A stretch of 62,972 nucleotides of DNA, counting the filler, from Anaerolineae bacterium (GTDB lineage: Bacteria > Chloroflexota > Anaerolineae > Epilineales > Epilineaceae): the NCBI GenBank assembly GCA_029262755.1. It is 7 parts of 7 records of this genome, joined end to end, with 100 filler letters (N's around TTAATTAATTAA, not from the genome) between each part and the next. Parts side by side here need not be neighbours in the genome. Positions count along the whole stretch, not along the records: positions 18,436 to 25,902 come from JAJCYU010000081.1; positions 26,003 to 38,321 come from JAJCYU010000082.1; 5 more parts are not named here. The stretch is one strand, 5' to 3'. Both the position numbers and the translations under genes were made by a program. The notes below the pieces were generated by a model. It made no database searches. It was not told where the DNA came from and saw only the letters and a program-made list of their open reading frames with translations. This document shows positions 20,862 through 32,400 of the stretch, piece by piece (within the stretch, counting starts at the first letter, position 1; each line of letters opens with the position of its first letter).

Positions 20862-21332
20862 CTACCAGCGGTAATGCGCGAAGGCCTTGTTGGCGTCTGC
20901 CATCCGGTGCACTTCTTCGCGCCGCCGGATGGTAGAACCAGTACTGTTCGCCGCGTCCATCAGCTCGCCTGCGAGCTTGCCGGCTGTGCCACGACCACCA
21001 CGGCTTCGGGTGGCGTCGATCAACCAACGGATGGCGAGCGCGGTCCGGCGCTCCGGTCGAACTTCGACCGGAACCTGATACGTGGAACCACCAACGCGGC
21101 GCGGCTTCACCTCGACCAGCGGCATCGCATTCTTGACCGCCTGCTCGAAAACCTCGATGCCGGGCTTCTTCATCCGCTGCTCGATCTGATCGAGTGCGTC
21201 ATAGAAGATCTTCTCGGCCGTCGACTTCTTGCCGTCGACCATTAGTTTGTTGATGAACCGCCCGGCCATGACGCTTCCATTGCGCACGTCGGGCTGGGGC
21301 TCCCTGCGCGGGGGCCGATTACGTCGCGGCAT
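20862..21332 (-). CDS. rpsG: 30S ribosomal protein S7
   Basis: MPRR...GKKSTAEKI...[11 protein letters not shown]...[13 protein letters not shown]. Confidence 0.99.
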   Translation of the reverse strand: MPRRNRPPRREPQPDVRNGSVMAGRFINKLMVDGKKSTAEKIFYDALDQIEQRMKKPGIEVFEQAVKNAMPLVEVKPRRVGGSTYQVPVEVRPERRTALAIRWLIDATRSRGGRGTAGKLAGELMDAANSTGSTIRRREEVHRMADANKAFAHYRW

Positions 21333-21505
21333 GTCACATTACCTCCGTCTCGACACACAGAAAGACCCCGAGCAGTCCGATCGGCCGCAACCGCGACCCA
21401 TCCTCGGGATCTGTACACACGCGTCCACAGCGGACACGATGTCCACGTCGGTTTGGGCCGGGCCGACCGGGCCCACCTGACGCGGTGGTTGTCTCTTCGT
21501 CCGCG

Positions 21506-21919
21506 TTAGCGCGGCTTCTTCGCTCCGTACTTCGAACGCCCGCGCCTGCGCGCATCAACGCCCGATGAATCCAAGGCGCCACGAACGATGTGATATCGCA
21601 CGCCGGGCAGATCCTTCACCTTGCCGCCACGAATCAAGACCGTGGAGTGCTCCTGCAAGTTATGACCTTCACCGGGGATATAGGCCGAAACCTCCATCCC
21701 ATTGGTCAACCGGACACGAGCCACTTTGCGTAGCGCCGAGTTCGGCTTCTTGGGCGTCTGCGTTCGCACCGCGGTGCACACACCACGCTTCTGCGGCGAA
21801 CCACCCGTATCATTCAGCCGGCGGCGGAACGTGTTGAACGTGTAGCGCAAGGCCGGCGCCTTCGTCTTCTTGGTCTGTTGCTTGCGGCCCTTACGGACCA
21901 GTTGGTTGATCGTCGGCAC
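21506..21919 (-). CDS. rpsL: 30S ribosomal protein S12
   Basis: [11 protein letters not shown]...[10 protein letters not shown]...[12 protein letters not shown] start. Confidence 0.99.
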   Translation of the reverse strand: MPTINQLVRKGRKQQTKKTKAPALRYTFNTFRRRLNDTGGSPQKRGVCTAVRTQTPKKPNSALRKVARVRLTNGMEVSAYIPGEGHNLQEHSTVLIRGGKVKDLPGVRYHIVRGALDSSGVDARRRGRSKYGAKKPR

Positions 21920-21978
21920 CGGATCTCTCCCGATTTGGCCTTAATTGGCCGCTGAACGCGACCAACATACAAAAATAG

Positions 21979-22007
21979 AGGATACCAGGATGGGCCTACC
22001 TGGTCAA
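21979..22007 (-). promoter_or_regulatory. sigma70-type promoter of the str operon
   Basis: TTGACC-N17-TATCCT with TG extension, in the 96-bp rpoB-rpsL gap. Confidence 0.7.
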
Positions 22008-22015
22008 GGAATTTA

Positions 22016-25000
22016 CTACTCGTCGCCCCCTGCATCCACACGGCGCCGGCTCGGCGGAAGGCGCAGGCCCAGGCCGAGCCGCGGGCCGCGCTCTTCTTCC
22101 TGCTGGCGGCCAAGCGGAATCTTCTCGCCCGTGTTGTCTAGGATCGTGACCGACAGCCCTAGGCTCTGGAGTTCCTTGATGAGCACCCGGAAACTCTCAG
22201 GGGCCCCCGGATCCTGAATCTCCTCGCCCTTGACGATTGCCTCGTAGGTCTTGACGCGACCGTTGACATCATCGGACTTGATGGTCAGCATTTCCTGCAA
22301 CGTGTGTGCGGCGCCGTATGCTTCCAGCGCCCAGACCTCCATCTCACCGAAGCGCTGACCGCCAAACTGCGCCTTACCGCCCAAGGGCTGCTGGGTCACA
22401 AGTGAATAGGGACCCGTCGAGCGCGCATGGACTTTGTCCTCGACAAGGTGCGCAAGCTTCATCATGTAGATAATGCCGACCGTGACCGGTTCGTCGTAGG
22501 CCTCGCCCGACTTGCCGTCGAAGACACGCTGCTTACCCGTGACCGGCATCGCTTCGCGCGTCAGCTCCTGGGCCTGGCGCGCGAGCACCATCCAACTAGG
22601 AACGTCCTTGCCCTTCTTCTTGCGCAACTTCGCCATTTTCTCTGGATGTAGGTCGGCAACCTTCTTCAACCACAGCTCGAGACATACCTCGACGGCGCGA
22701 CGCGCTCGTGCGTCATGCTCTTCGTCGCGGGTCTCTTCACCTTCGTATTCCAGGAAGTAGTCGGGCTTGAAGCCAAGATCGGTAAGCCAGGCCGACAGCG
22801 CCTGACGCCGGGCATACGTGCGGTCGACCCAGATTCGCTCGCGATCGACGCCGTCCAGTCGGTTCTCCAAGTACAGGCTGCGAACCTCGCCGTCGTCGAG
22901 GAAGGACTCCGAGTCGTGACCCGCTTCCTGGAGCCAGTCCCAAGCAAGGACGCTCATGGCCTCCCATGCCGCGTCAATCAGCCACGCGCGCGCCAACTCG
23001 GCGGCAACATCGACCTCACGGGCTCCGTCGAAAACAGAGGTCATGACGTGATAGCCGAGGCGGTGCGTTGCCCAGCCTAGATGCGTCTCGAGGATCTGAC
23101 CGATGTTCATGCGACCCGGCACGCCGAGTGGGTTGAGCAAGATGTCGACAGGCGTACCGTCTTCCAGATACGGCATATCCTCGATCGGGACGACCTGGCT
23201 GATCACACCCTTGTTGCCATGTCGTCCGGCCATCTTGTCGCCTTCGGTGACCTTGCGGGTCTGGGCGACGGAGACGCGCACCATGCGCTCCACGCCGGCC
23301 GCCAACTCAATCGCGTCATCGCGGTCGAAAGCCCGGATATGCACGACCTTGCCGCGCTCACCATGGGGCAATCGCAGCGAGGAGTCCTTCACCTCGCGCG
23401 CCTTCTCACCGAAGATCGCGCGCAGCAGCTTTTCTTCGGGCGTGAGGTCCGTCTCCCCCTTCGGGGTGATCTTGCCCACAAGAATGTCGCCGGGCTGGAC
23501 CTCCGCGCCGATGCGAATCACGCCCTCTTCGTCCAGGTCCTTCAACGCGTCATCGCCGACATTGGGAATATCGCGCGTGATCTCCTCGGGGCCCAACTTG
23601 GTGTCGCGCGCCTCGACCTCATGCTTCTCGATGTGGATCGAGGTGAATTTGTCTTCTCGGACGATTCCCTCACTGATGAGAATGGCGTCCTCGTAGTTGC
23701 CGCCCTCCCAGCTCAGGAACGCGACCATCACGTTTTGACCGAGCGCGAGCTCACCGACCTCCGTGGAGGAAGAGTCCGCAAGAATGGACCCGGCCGCAAC
23801 GAGGTCGCCCTTTTCGGCGATCGGACGCTGATCGATGGTGGTCGAATTGTTCGAGCGCACGAATTTGCGCAGGTTGTATACCCGCACGCCACCGTCATTC
23901 TCGCGGACCAAGATTCGGTCACCCGTCACGCTCACAACTTCGCCCGGCTTCTCGGCGATCGCGACGTGGCCCGAATTGATGGCCACGGGCCGTTCCATGC
24001 CGGTGCCGATCAAAGGCGCTTCCGGACGAACAAGCGGCACACCCTGGCGCAGCATATTCGAGCCCATGAGCGCGCGGTTGGCGTCATCGTGCTCAAGGAA
24101 AGGAATCAGCGCCGTGCTGATGCTTACGATCTGCTTCGGATCGACATCCATGAAATCGACATTGTCAGCGCGCCGCAGGAGGAATCGGTCTTCGCGGCGC
24201 ACCGTCACCTGGGCGCCTTCGAATTCCTTGAATTCGTTCATCGCCGAATTGGCCTGTGCCACGGAGTAGAAGTCTTCAACGTCCGCCGTCAGGAACACGA
24301 GTTCTTCACTGACGTACGGGTGCACGGCAACATCGCCCTGTGCACCCTTGGCAATCTTGGCGGCGGTCGCTTCGTCGACACGCGTGTCTGCCTTCGCGAT
24401 CACGCGGCCGTTCTTGGCCTTGACGTCTTCACGTAATCGGCGCCCGATCAGGGCCTCCGATTTCGGGTCGACAAGCTTGCGCACGCGTCGATACGGTGTC
24501 TCGATGAACCCGAAGTCGTTTACGCGGGCATAGGTCGCGAGGCTACCGATCAGGCCGATGTTCGGGCCTTCCGGCGTCTCGATCGGACAGATGCGTCCGT
24601 AGTGGCTGTGGTGCACGTCGCGCACGTCGAATCCAGCGCGTTCGCGCCGCAACCCGCCGGGACCGAGCGCAGAGAGCCTGCGCTTGTGCGTCAATTCACC
24701 CAGGGGATTCGTCTGCTCCATGAACTGCGAGAGCTGCGAACCGCCGAAGAACTCGCGCGTCGCTGCAACAACGGGCCGGATGTTGATCAGCCCCAGCGGA
24801 GTGATCTGGTCCGGATCGCGCGTGCTCATGCGCTCACGTACGACCCTCTCCATCCGCAGCAAGCCGACGCGCAGCTGGTTCTGAATGAGCTCGCCGACCG
24901 TCTTGACGCGGCGGTTACCGAGATGGTCGATATCATCGGCATGCGCGCGAGCGTTGTTGATCTGCAACATATGGCGCACGACCGACGCGAGGTCCTCTTT

Positions 25001-25902
25001 CGTCAACGTGCGCGGTCGGTCTTCGCCCAAGACATCGGACGACTCGCCCGGCGCAAGGTGCAGCTTACGGTCGAGCTTGTAGCGACCGACCCGCCCGAGG
25101 TCGTAGCGCCGCTCGTTGAAGAGCAGGCCCGTCAAAAAGGCGCGCGCATTCTCAAGCGTAGGCGGATCACCGGGGCGAAGCTTACGGTAGATGTCCAGCA
25201 ACGCAGCCTCTTCGTCCTGGGTCGGATCCTTCTCCAGCGTGGTGCCGATGAAGACGTGGTCTTCGTCGTCATCGACCTCCGCGAAGAGCTCGAGCAGCTC
25301 CTCATCGCCCGGATAGCCGACGGCACGAAGCAGCGTGGAGACCGGAAACTTGCGCTTCCGGTCGATCTTGACACTGATTACATCCCGCTTGCTCGTCTCG
25401 AACTCGAGCCACGCCCCACGATTGGGAATGAGCTTCGCCGTCGAAAGCGCTCGCCCCGTGGTCGGCTCCTTCGCGGCCCCGAAATACACGCCGGGCGAGC
25501 GAATGAGCTGACTGACCACAACGCGCTCCGCACCGTTGATGACGAAGGTGCCGCTCCCCGTCATCATCGGGAAGTCGCCGATGAACACCTCTTGTTCCTG
25601 GATTTCCCCCGTGCTGCGGTTGACCAGCCGTACCGTAACCCACAGCGGAGCGCTGTAGGTCATATCCATCTCGCGGCAGTCTTCGACGCCGAATTTCGGC
25701 TCGTCAAATCGATGACCCAGGAAATGGAGTTCGAGATTCTTGTTGAAGCTCACGATCGGCGAGATCTCTTCGAACAACAACTGGAGACCCTCGCGCCGGA
25801 AGGTCGCAAATGCCTCTAGCTGCACCGAAATCAACGGCGGAGCCGCCATGTGGTTGACGATGCGGGCATAATTGCGCCGAATACGCAGCGGCTCGGCATG
25901 CC
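22016..25902 (-). CDS. rpoB: RNA polymerase beta subunit (5' end truncated)
   Basis: [44 protein letters not shown]; frame open to the contig edge (RRNYARI). Confidence 0.99.
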
Positions 25903-26002
25903 NNNNNNNNNNNNNNNNNNNNNNNNNNNNNNNNNNNNNNNNNNNNTTAATTAATTAANNNNNNNNNNNNNNNNNNNNNNNNNNNNNNNNNNNNNNNNNN
26001 NN

Positions 26003-29000
26003 AGCGCGGAATGGAGCTCGATCGACGACGTGGTCGTGCCGGGCGCGTTCCGCAGCCCCGCCGGCGTCGACATAGGCGCGGACGACCGCATGTACGTGGC
26101 CGACGCGCGGGCGGGCGGCGTTCACGTGCTCTCCTCCCTCGGCGATCCCTTGGCGTTGTGGGACGGCGGAGGGGCCTTGCAAGCACCCCAGGATGTCGCC
26201 GCCGCTACGGACAGAATCTACATCACGGAGCCCGAGACCGGGCGCGTCGAGATGCTGGACCTACAGGGCGCACATCTGGGCGGCTTCGAGGTGGCCGGTC
26301 GCCCGCACGGCATCGCGTGGCGCGACGGCTCGCTCTACGTGACCACCAGCCGCAGTCGCGAGATCGTCGCGCTGGACGCAGACGGCACCGAGCGGTTGCG
26401 TTGGGGCGGCGAAGACATCGAGTCGCCGGGCGGCATCGATGTGGGCGGCGACGGGATGGTCTACGTCACGGAGCTCGTCGCGGGCCAAAACGGCGGCTTC
26501 ATCCGGGTGTACGACGCAGATGGCGTGCTGACGGCCTTCTTGCCGACCCTCGTCGATGGTGCTGCCCAACCGAGTATCGATGTTGCGGTCGAGGATCGTG
26601 CGCAAGGGCCCGAGGTCTTTGTCGTCACGGAGTTTCACGTCATCCGTATCCATCCCGTGGACGGCATTCGCTCCGCGCAGCGCAGCCCCGGCGGCCGCGG
26701 CGTAGCGATCGGTCCCGGCCAGGGGATGGTCTTCACCGCGCAGGACTACCGCCAAGGATTCACCGGGCTGCGCCACATCGGCGACCGACGTGCTCGGGTG
26801 CCGGAGATCGACGGCTGGGGCGGCCCCTTCGCGCCGCTCGGCGTGATGGACGTGCCGCGTCGCCTCACCTTGGCGACCGACGGCACATCGTACGTGCTCG
26901 ACCAGTGGCCGCGCGTGCAGGTTTGGAATCAAGACGGCACGCCGCGCGGTCAGTTCGGCACCGGCGGCATCCAGGACGTCGCGGCCGGCCTGCCCGGCTC
27001 GCTATACACCATCGAAGGCCACGTGCTGACCTTCTGGGCGGATGACGGCCAATCGCTATGGACGTGGCAGCCGCCGAGCACCCAACCGGACACGGGTGTG
27101 GCCTGGGGATGGATGACGCACGCCGACAGCGACGGCAGCAACGTGCTTGCCCTGGACACGGGCGATCAGCGCGTCTTCGTCCGCGACTACAGCGGCAACC
27201 CGCTTGCGGAATGGCCCGTCTCGCCGCCGGAGGGCTTCACGAGCATCGGCGACATCGCGCTGACGAGCGACGCCGTCTGGCTGCTCGACCGCGGCGCGTC
27301 CGCGCTCCGCGAACACGCGCGCGACACGGGCGTCGAGCGAACGCGCTTCGACGTGCCGCGCGGCGCCCGCCGCATCGACGCACGCGACGACGGCCGCGTA
27401 TTCGTGCTGTTGGACGAAGGCTGGATCTTCGCCTACGAGCCGGACGGTTCCGTGGCCGCGGCGTGGCAGGTCGATGAGCCGCGCGGCGCGACCGATATCG
27501 CCGTATCCGGCGATACGGTGCTGGTTGCTCACGAAGGCAACCGCATTACGGCTTGGCAGCCCGATCCCGCGACCGCACCGGGCAACCTGCCCGCCCTCGA
27601 ACTGCGGTGCACGCTCCTGCACGACAAGACCGCGACACCGGCAGACGTTGTGCTCGGCGAGCAGGTACGCATCGGCCTGACGGTGGACGGGGACTGCCCG
27701 CTTTCCGACGCGGAGGCCGACATCGTGCTGCTCGTGGACACCTCCGGCTCGATGAGCGGACCGAAGATGTCGGCCGCGCGCAGCGCCGTGCTCGAGTTCG
27801 TCGGGCAGCTGGACTACAGCCTGCACCAAGTCGCCCTGATCAGCTTCTCGACCGACGTCGATCTGGTGCAGGGGCTGACCGCCAACCCAAGAGAGCTGCT
27901 ACGCGCAATCCCGCTCCTGGGCGATGATTCCGGCACGAACATGACCGACGCGATGATGCTCGCCGACCGCGAGCTTCGCGGAAGGCGTGCGCGCGAAGAC
28001 GCGCGCCAGGTCGTGGTGGTGCTCTCGGACGGGCGTCCCAACGGCGATCCGAACATCCTGCTCAATATCGCTTCCGACTTCCGCGCCGGCGGACGTGAGA
28101 TCTTCACGATCGGTCTCGGCTTGGACGTCGACGGGTCCTTCATGCGCATGCTCGCCGACGATCTGAGCCACTACTTCGAGGCCCCGACCGAGTACGAGCT
28201 CTCGCGGATCTACGAGACGATCGGCCGTCGCGCCTCCGCCTCGGCGTTGATGCGCGAAGCGGTGATCGTGGACGAGCTACCGCGCAACATGACGTTTGTG
28301 GCCGACACCGATGTTCCCCGGGCCGTGTATGACGCGGCGGCGCGCACCCTGACCTGGACCCTGCGCGACGTATCCTCCCGTGGCATTCGCTTGCGCTACC
28401 GCGTCCGCCCGACGCAAGTGGGCACACATCCGACCAACGTGCAGGCCGTGGCCGACTATGTGGACGGCGTCCGATTTGATGGGCGGCTCGTCTTCCCGGT
28501 GCCCGTCGTAAACGTGACGCAGCCGGAGCGCTACGCCGCCTACCTGCCCGTGACCCTCAAGCAGAAGTGCAAGGAAGCGCGCATCGACGTCGCGTTGGTG
28601 ATCGACACCTCGGCCAGCATGCGCGAATCACCGTCGGGCGGCAGCTCGAAGCTCGAGGCGGCGCAGCGGGCCGCGCGCATCTTCCTGGGCCACATGCAGC
28701 TGAGCGGAGAGAACGGGCGTGACCGCGTCGCCGTGGCAGCCTTCAACGGCGAGGCTTCGGTGGTCCAATCACTCTCAGGCGACCGTGTCGCGTTGTTCGC
28801 GGCGCTCTCCGCGCTGCCTTCGGGCGCCGGCACGCGTATCGATCGCGGCCTTGATGCGGGCCTGCGCGCGCTGGAGGATCGTCGCGCGGACGCGGTGGCA
28901 ACCGTCGTGCTGCTGACCGACGGCAATCAGGCGGACGTAGGGCGAGAGGATCTGTTGCGCGCGGCGGAAGCGGCGCGCGCGGAAGGCATCCTCATCTACA

Positions 29001-29140
29001 CCATCGGCCTTGGACCGGACGCAGATCGCGCGTTGCTCGAAGCGGTGTCCGGCGCTGCAGGCCGCACGTTTATGGCCCCATCGGATGATCAACTCGGCTC
29101 GATCTACGGAGCTATCGCTGATGCGATTCCGTGCGGCTAG
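26003..29140 (+). CDS. Large NHL/beta-propeller + vWA + DUF11-like + vWA adhesin (5' truncated)
   Basis: NHL-like repeats; MIDAS DTSGS and DTSAS; VIVDELP...TLTW...PTN Ig-like strands. Confidence 0.85.
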   Translation, partial: SAEWSSIDDVVVPGAFRSPAGVDIGADDRMYVADARAGGVHVLSSLGDPLALWDGGGALQAPQDVAAATDRIYITEPETGRVEMLDLQGAHLGGFEVAGRPHGIAWRDGSLYVTTSRSREIVALDADGTERLRWGGEDIESPGGIDVGGDGMVYVTELVAGQNGGFIRVYDADGVLTAFLPTLVDGAAQPSIDVAVEDRAQGPEVFVVTEFHVIRIHPVDGIRSAQRSPGGRGVAIGPGQGMVFTAQDYRQGFTGLRHIGDRRARVPEIDGWGGPFAPLGVMDVPRRLTLATDGTSYVLDQWPRVQVWNQDGTPRGQFGTGGIQDVAAGLPGSLYTIEGHVLTFWADDGQSLWTWQPPSTQPDTGVAWGWMTHADSDGSNVLALDTGDQRVFVRDYSGNPLAEWPVSPPEGFTSIGDIALTSDAVWLLDRGASALREHARDTGVERTRFDVPRGARRIDARDDGRVFVLLDEGWIFAYEPDGSVAAAWQVDEPRGATDIAVSGDTVLVAHEGNRITAWQPDPATAPGNLPALELRCTLLHDKTATPADVVLGEQVRIGLTVDGDCPLSDAEADIVLLVDTSGSMSGPKMSAARSAVLEFVGQLDYSLHQVALISFSTDVDLVQGLTANPRELLRAIPLLGDDSGTNMTDAMMLADRELRGRRAREDARQVVVVLSDGRPNGDPNILLNIASDFRAGGREIFTIGLGLDVDGSFMRMLADDLSHYFEAPTEYELSRIYETIGRRASASALMREAVIVDELPRNMTFVADTDVPRAVYDAAARTLTWTLRDVSSRGIRLRYRVRPTQVGTHPTNVQAVADYVDGVRFDGRLVFPVPVVNVTQPERYAAYLPVTLKQKCKEARIDVALVIDTSASMRESPSGGSSKLEAAQRAARIFLGHMQLSGENGRDRVAVAAFNGEASVVQSLSGDRVALFAALSALPSGAGTRIDRGLDAGLRALEDRRADAVATVVLLTDGNQADVGREDLLRAAEAARAEGILIYTIGLGPDADRALLEAVSGAAGRTFMAPSDDQLGSIYGAIADAIPCG

Positions 29141-29490
29141 CGCCACCTGTGCACGCAAGAACAACGTCGCTTGTCCTTCATTGATGGCCGACACCCTACG
29201 CGCTGCCGCAACGTAGTGGGGCACGGGCGAATAAACCAGGGTATCCATCGCGGTCGCGGCGACGTTAAGTAGAGAGGGGGACGCGACGTCGATGTTTCGG
29301 GGTCTATCGCCCTTGGCCGACGCGCGGCGTTGGTCGTGGTCCGGGATCGTCTCTCTATCGAGTCATCCGTCCGCGTGCTCGCATGCGGGTCATGGGCGGC
29401 TGGCATCCGAACCAATCCATCGCCGTGGCGTCCGCGTCGCGCGCTGAGGGGCGGCGCCTCGTGCGCCGGCCGATACCAGGACAGGTGTCC

Positions 29491-32400
29491 ATGAGCACTC
29501 CAGACCGTCCCGTTTCCATCCGCTTGCCCTTCGTGCTCGGCCTCGCCCTTTGCGCGGCCTGGCTGTTCGCTCCGGCCGTGGCAACACAACCCGTTGCGGC
29601 CCAGGCCCTCGAGGGCTACCGGCTGGTCGATAGTTGGACCACCCGCCAACCCCAGGGCATTGCCGAGTTCGGCTCCCCCGCGGGGGTTGACGTGGCTGCG
29701 GACGGCACGATCTATGTCGCGGACAGCGGGCGGCGCGTCGTGCACAAGCTGGACGCGGATGGCCTGCTCTTGGACGCCTGGGACGTCGCGCCGGGTGGCG
29801 AGCGCCCCTTCGACGTCGCTACGAGCGGGGACCGCGTCTTTACGATCGCAATCAACGACGGACAGATCCTGTCCTCCGCCGGCGCGCCGGCGGGCGGCTG
29901 GTCCGTCGACGGCATGACGGGCGCGGCCGTCGGTCCCAACCGAACGCTCTATACGGCTAGGCTCGAGCAGGGATCCTTCGGCCTGCAACCCGTGATCGAT
30001 CTGCGCGATACGAGCGGCAACCTGCGCGAGACGTGGCGTGACGACAGCACGTTCATCCAACATTCCTGTGGTCTCGACGTCGGCGCGGACGGCCGCGTGT
30101 ACCTCGCCGCCGATGGCGCGATCTACGTTTGGCGCGACGGATCGATCGAAAAGCTCTTGCGCCTGCGACGCGCGATCGAAGGCAACCTGATCACCGACGT
30201 GTCCGTGGATGCCCAAGGCCGGGTGTTCGCGGTGCGCGGTGGCAGCGCATCGTCCTGCGGCGGCGGGGGTGTGGACGACCGCTATGTGGTCATGTGGAAG
30301 GACATCGACGCAGCGCCCGGCGTGGTCACCAGCAGCGCCGACCGACAACTGCGCGGCTCCGTGGCAATCGCAACGGGTCCGGGTGCCGGTCTCGTGGTCG
30401 CCACGGTCGACGGCACCGCGTTCAAGGGCATCTCCTGGCTCCCCGACCGTAGCGATCTCCAGGAACGCTTCGTCCGCTGGGGCGTCATCGACGAATCGCT
30501 CGGCGTGCTCGAAGCGCCGCAGCGGGTCGCCGTCACGGACGATGGTGACGTGATCATCACGGATCGCCAGGACGTGATCCAGCGGTGGAGCGATACCGGC
30601 CGCCCCCTCGAGAAGTGGGACGGCGAGTTGGTCAGCGATATCGGCGCCCTCGGCGACCGGCCCTGTGTGCTGGCCGGACGCACCGTCCGATGCCTGCTCG
30701 ATGGGGGCGGAACCGCCTGGGAAGCCCCGCTCGTGGACGAAGCGTGGATATCGGCGATCGACGCCGGCACGAACCGGTTGGCGCGGGTTGACCTCGGCCG
30801 TCAGATCGTCGAGCTCTTCGACACCAACGGCGCGCCAACGGGTCAGTTCCCGCTGCCATCCCCGCTCGGCTTCGCGGTGTTCAGCGACGTCGCGATCGAC
30901 GGCAACCGCATCTACCTGGCCGACCGTTCAAGCGGACTGGTCCATGTCTTCGGTCTGGACGGCACGGTGGCCCAGCCCCCGCTCGGCCTCCCGAGCGCCG
31001 CGGTGCGCCTCAGCGCGCGTGACGGTGCGCTGTTCGCCTTGACCGGTGACGGCTGGATTCTCAAGTACGCTGCGGACGGCACACCGCGCGCTGCGTGGCG
31101 CCCGCTGGCGACCGGCCTTCCGAGCGACGTGGCCGTCGGTGGGAACGGTCGGGTGTACGTGACCGATCCCGATCGCTCGCGCAACCGGATCCTCGTCTTC
31201 GAACCCGGTGGCACGCCTGCCGCGACCTTCCCGGAGGCGCCCGACCTGCGCTGCGAAGTGCGGGTCGACAAACAGGCTGCGCCGGAGCGCGTGCGCGTCG
31301 GAGCGCAGGTCGAGATCAGCCTCCACATCGACGGCGCCTGCCCGGAGGGCGACGGCCGCCTCGACGTGGCGTTGGTCGTCGACCGTTCCGGCTCCATGAA
31401 GCCCGAGGACATCGCGGCAGCGCAGAACGCCGTGGTCAGCTTCCTGGGCGAGCTCACGCCGGGCGCCGCCCAGGTATCGCTGATCGCGTTCTCCAGCGAA
31501 GCCGAGGTACTCACTCCCCTGACCAGCGATCTACAGCAGGTCGTGCAGGGCGTAAGCGGTCTCTCCGCAAGCGGCATGACCCGCATCGATCTGGCGTTGC
31601 AAGCCGCCCTGGCCGAAATGACCGGTCCCGGCGGGCGCAGCGACGTGCCGCGCGTGGCGGTGCTCATGACCGATGGCCAACCGACCACCAACGACGAGGG
31701 CCCGACGAAGTCGGCCGCGAACGCGTTGAAGGGCGCCGGCATCCAGCTCTACACGATCGGCCTCGGTGAAGGCATCGACGACGGCCTGCTGCGCGAGCTC
31801 GCCTCCAGCCCCGAGCTGTACTTCCAGGCCAATTCCGATTTGGACCTGGTTACCGTGTACGGCGAGATCGGCCGCTTGATCTCGGCCACCGAGCTGCTCC
31901 AGACCGCGCAGGTCGATGATGAGCTGCCGGCCGACATGCAGTACGTGCTCGGCTCGGCGGATCCGCCGGCAACCTGGGATCCCGGCACCCGCACCCTCAC
32001 GTGGGCGCTCAGCGGCGTGCCGACCTCGGGTCAGCGGCTGACGTACCAGGTCGTTCCTTCGCGCGTGGGTCGCCGGCCGACTAATGTTCAAGCGCGCATC
32101 TTCTGGCGCGATGCAAGCGACACGCCGGGCCAGCTGACCTTCCCCGTGCCCGAAATCGAGGTCGAATCGAGCCTCGTGTTCCTGCCCTATACCAGCCGAA
32201 ACATCTGCCGGCCGCAACGAGCCGATGTCGCCATCCTCATCGACAACTCGAGCTCGATGCGCGAACCAGCCTCGCCCGGCTCAACGGTCTCCAAGCTCGA
32301 TGCCGCGAAGAGCGCGGTGCGCGTCTTCCTCAGCGAGATGAACTTCCCGGACGATCAGGCGTCGATCATCACCTTTGATCAGTCCGTACGTATGGATCAA

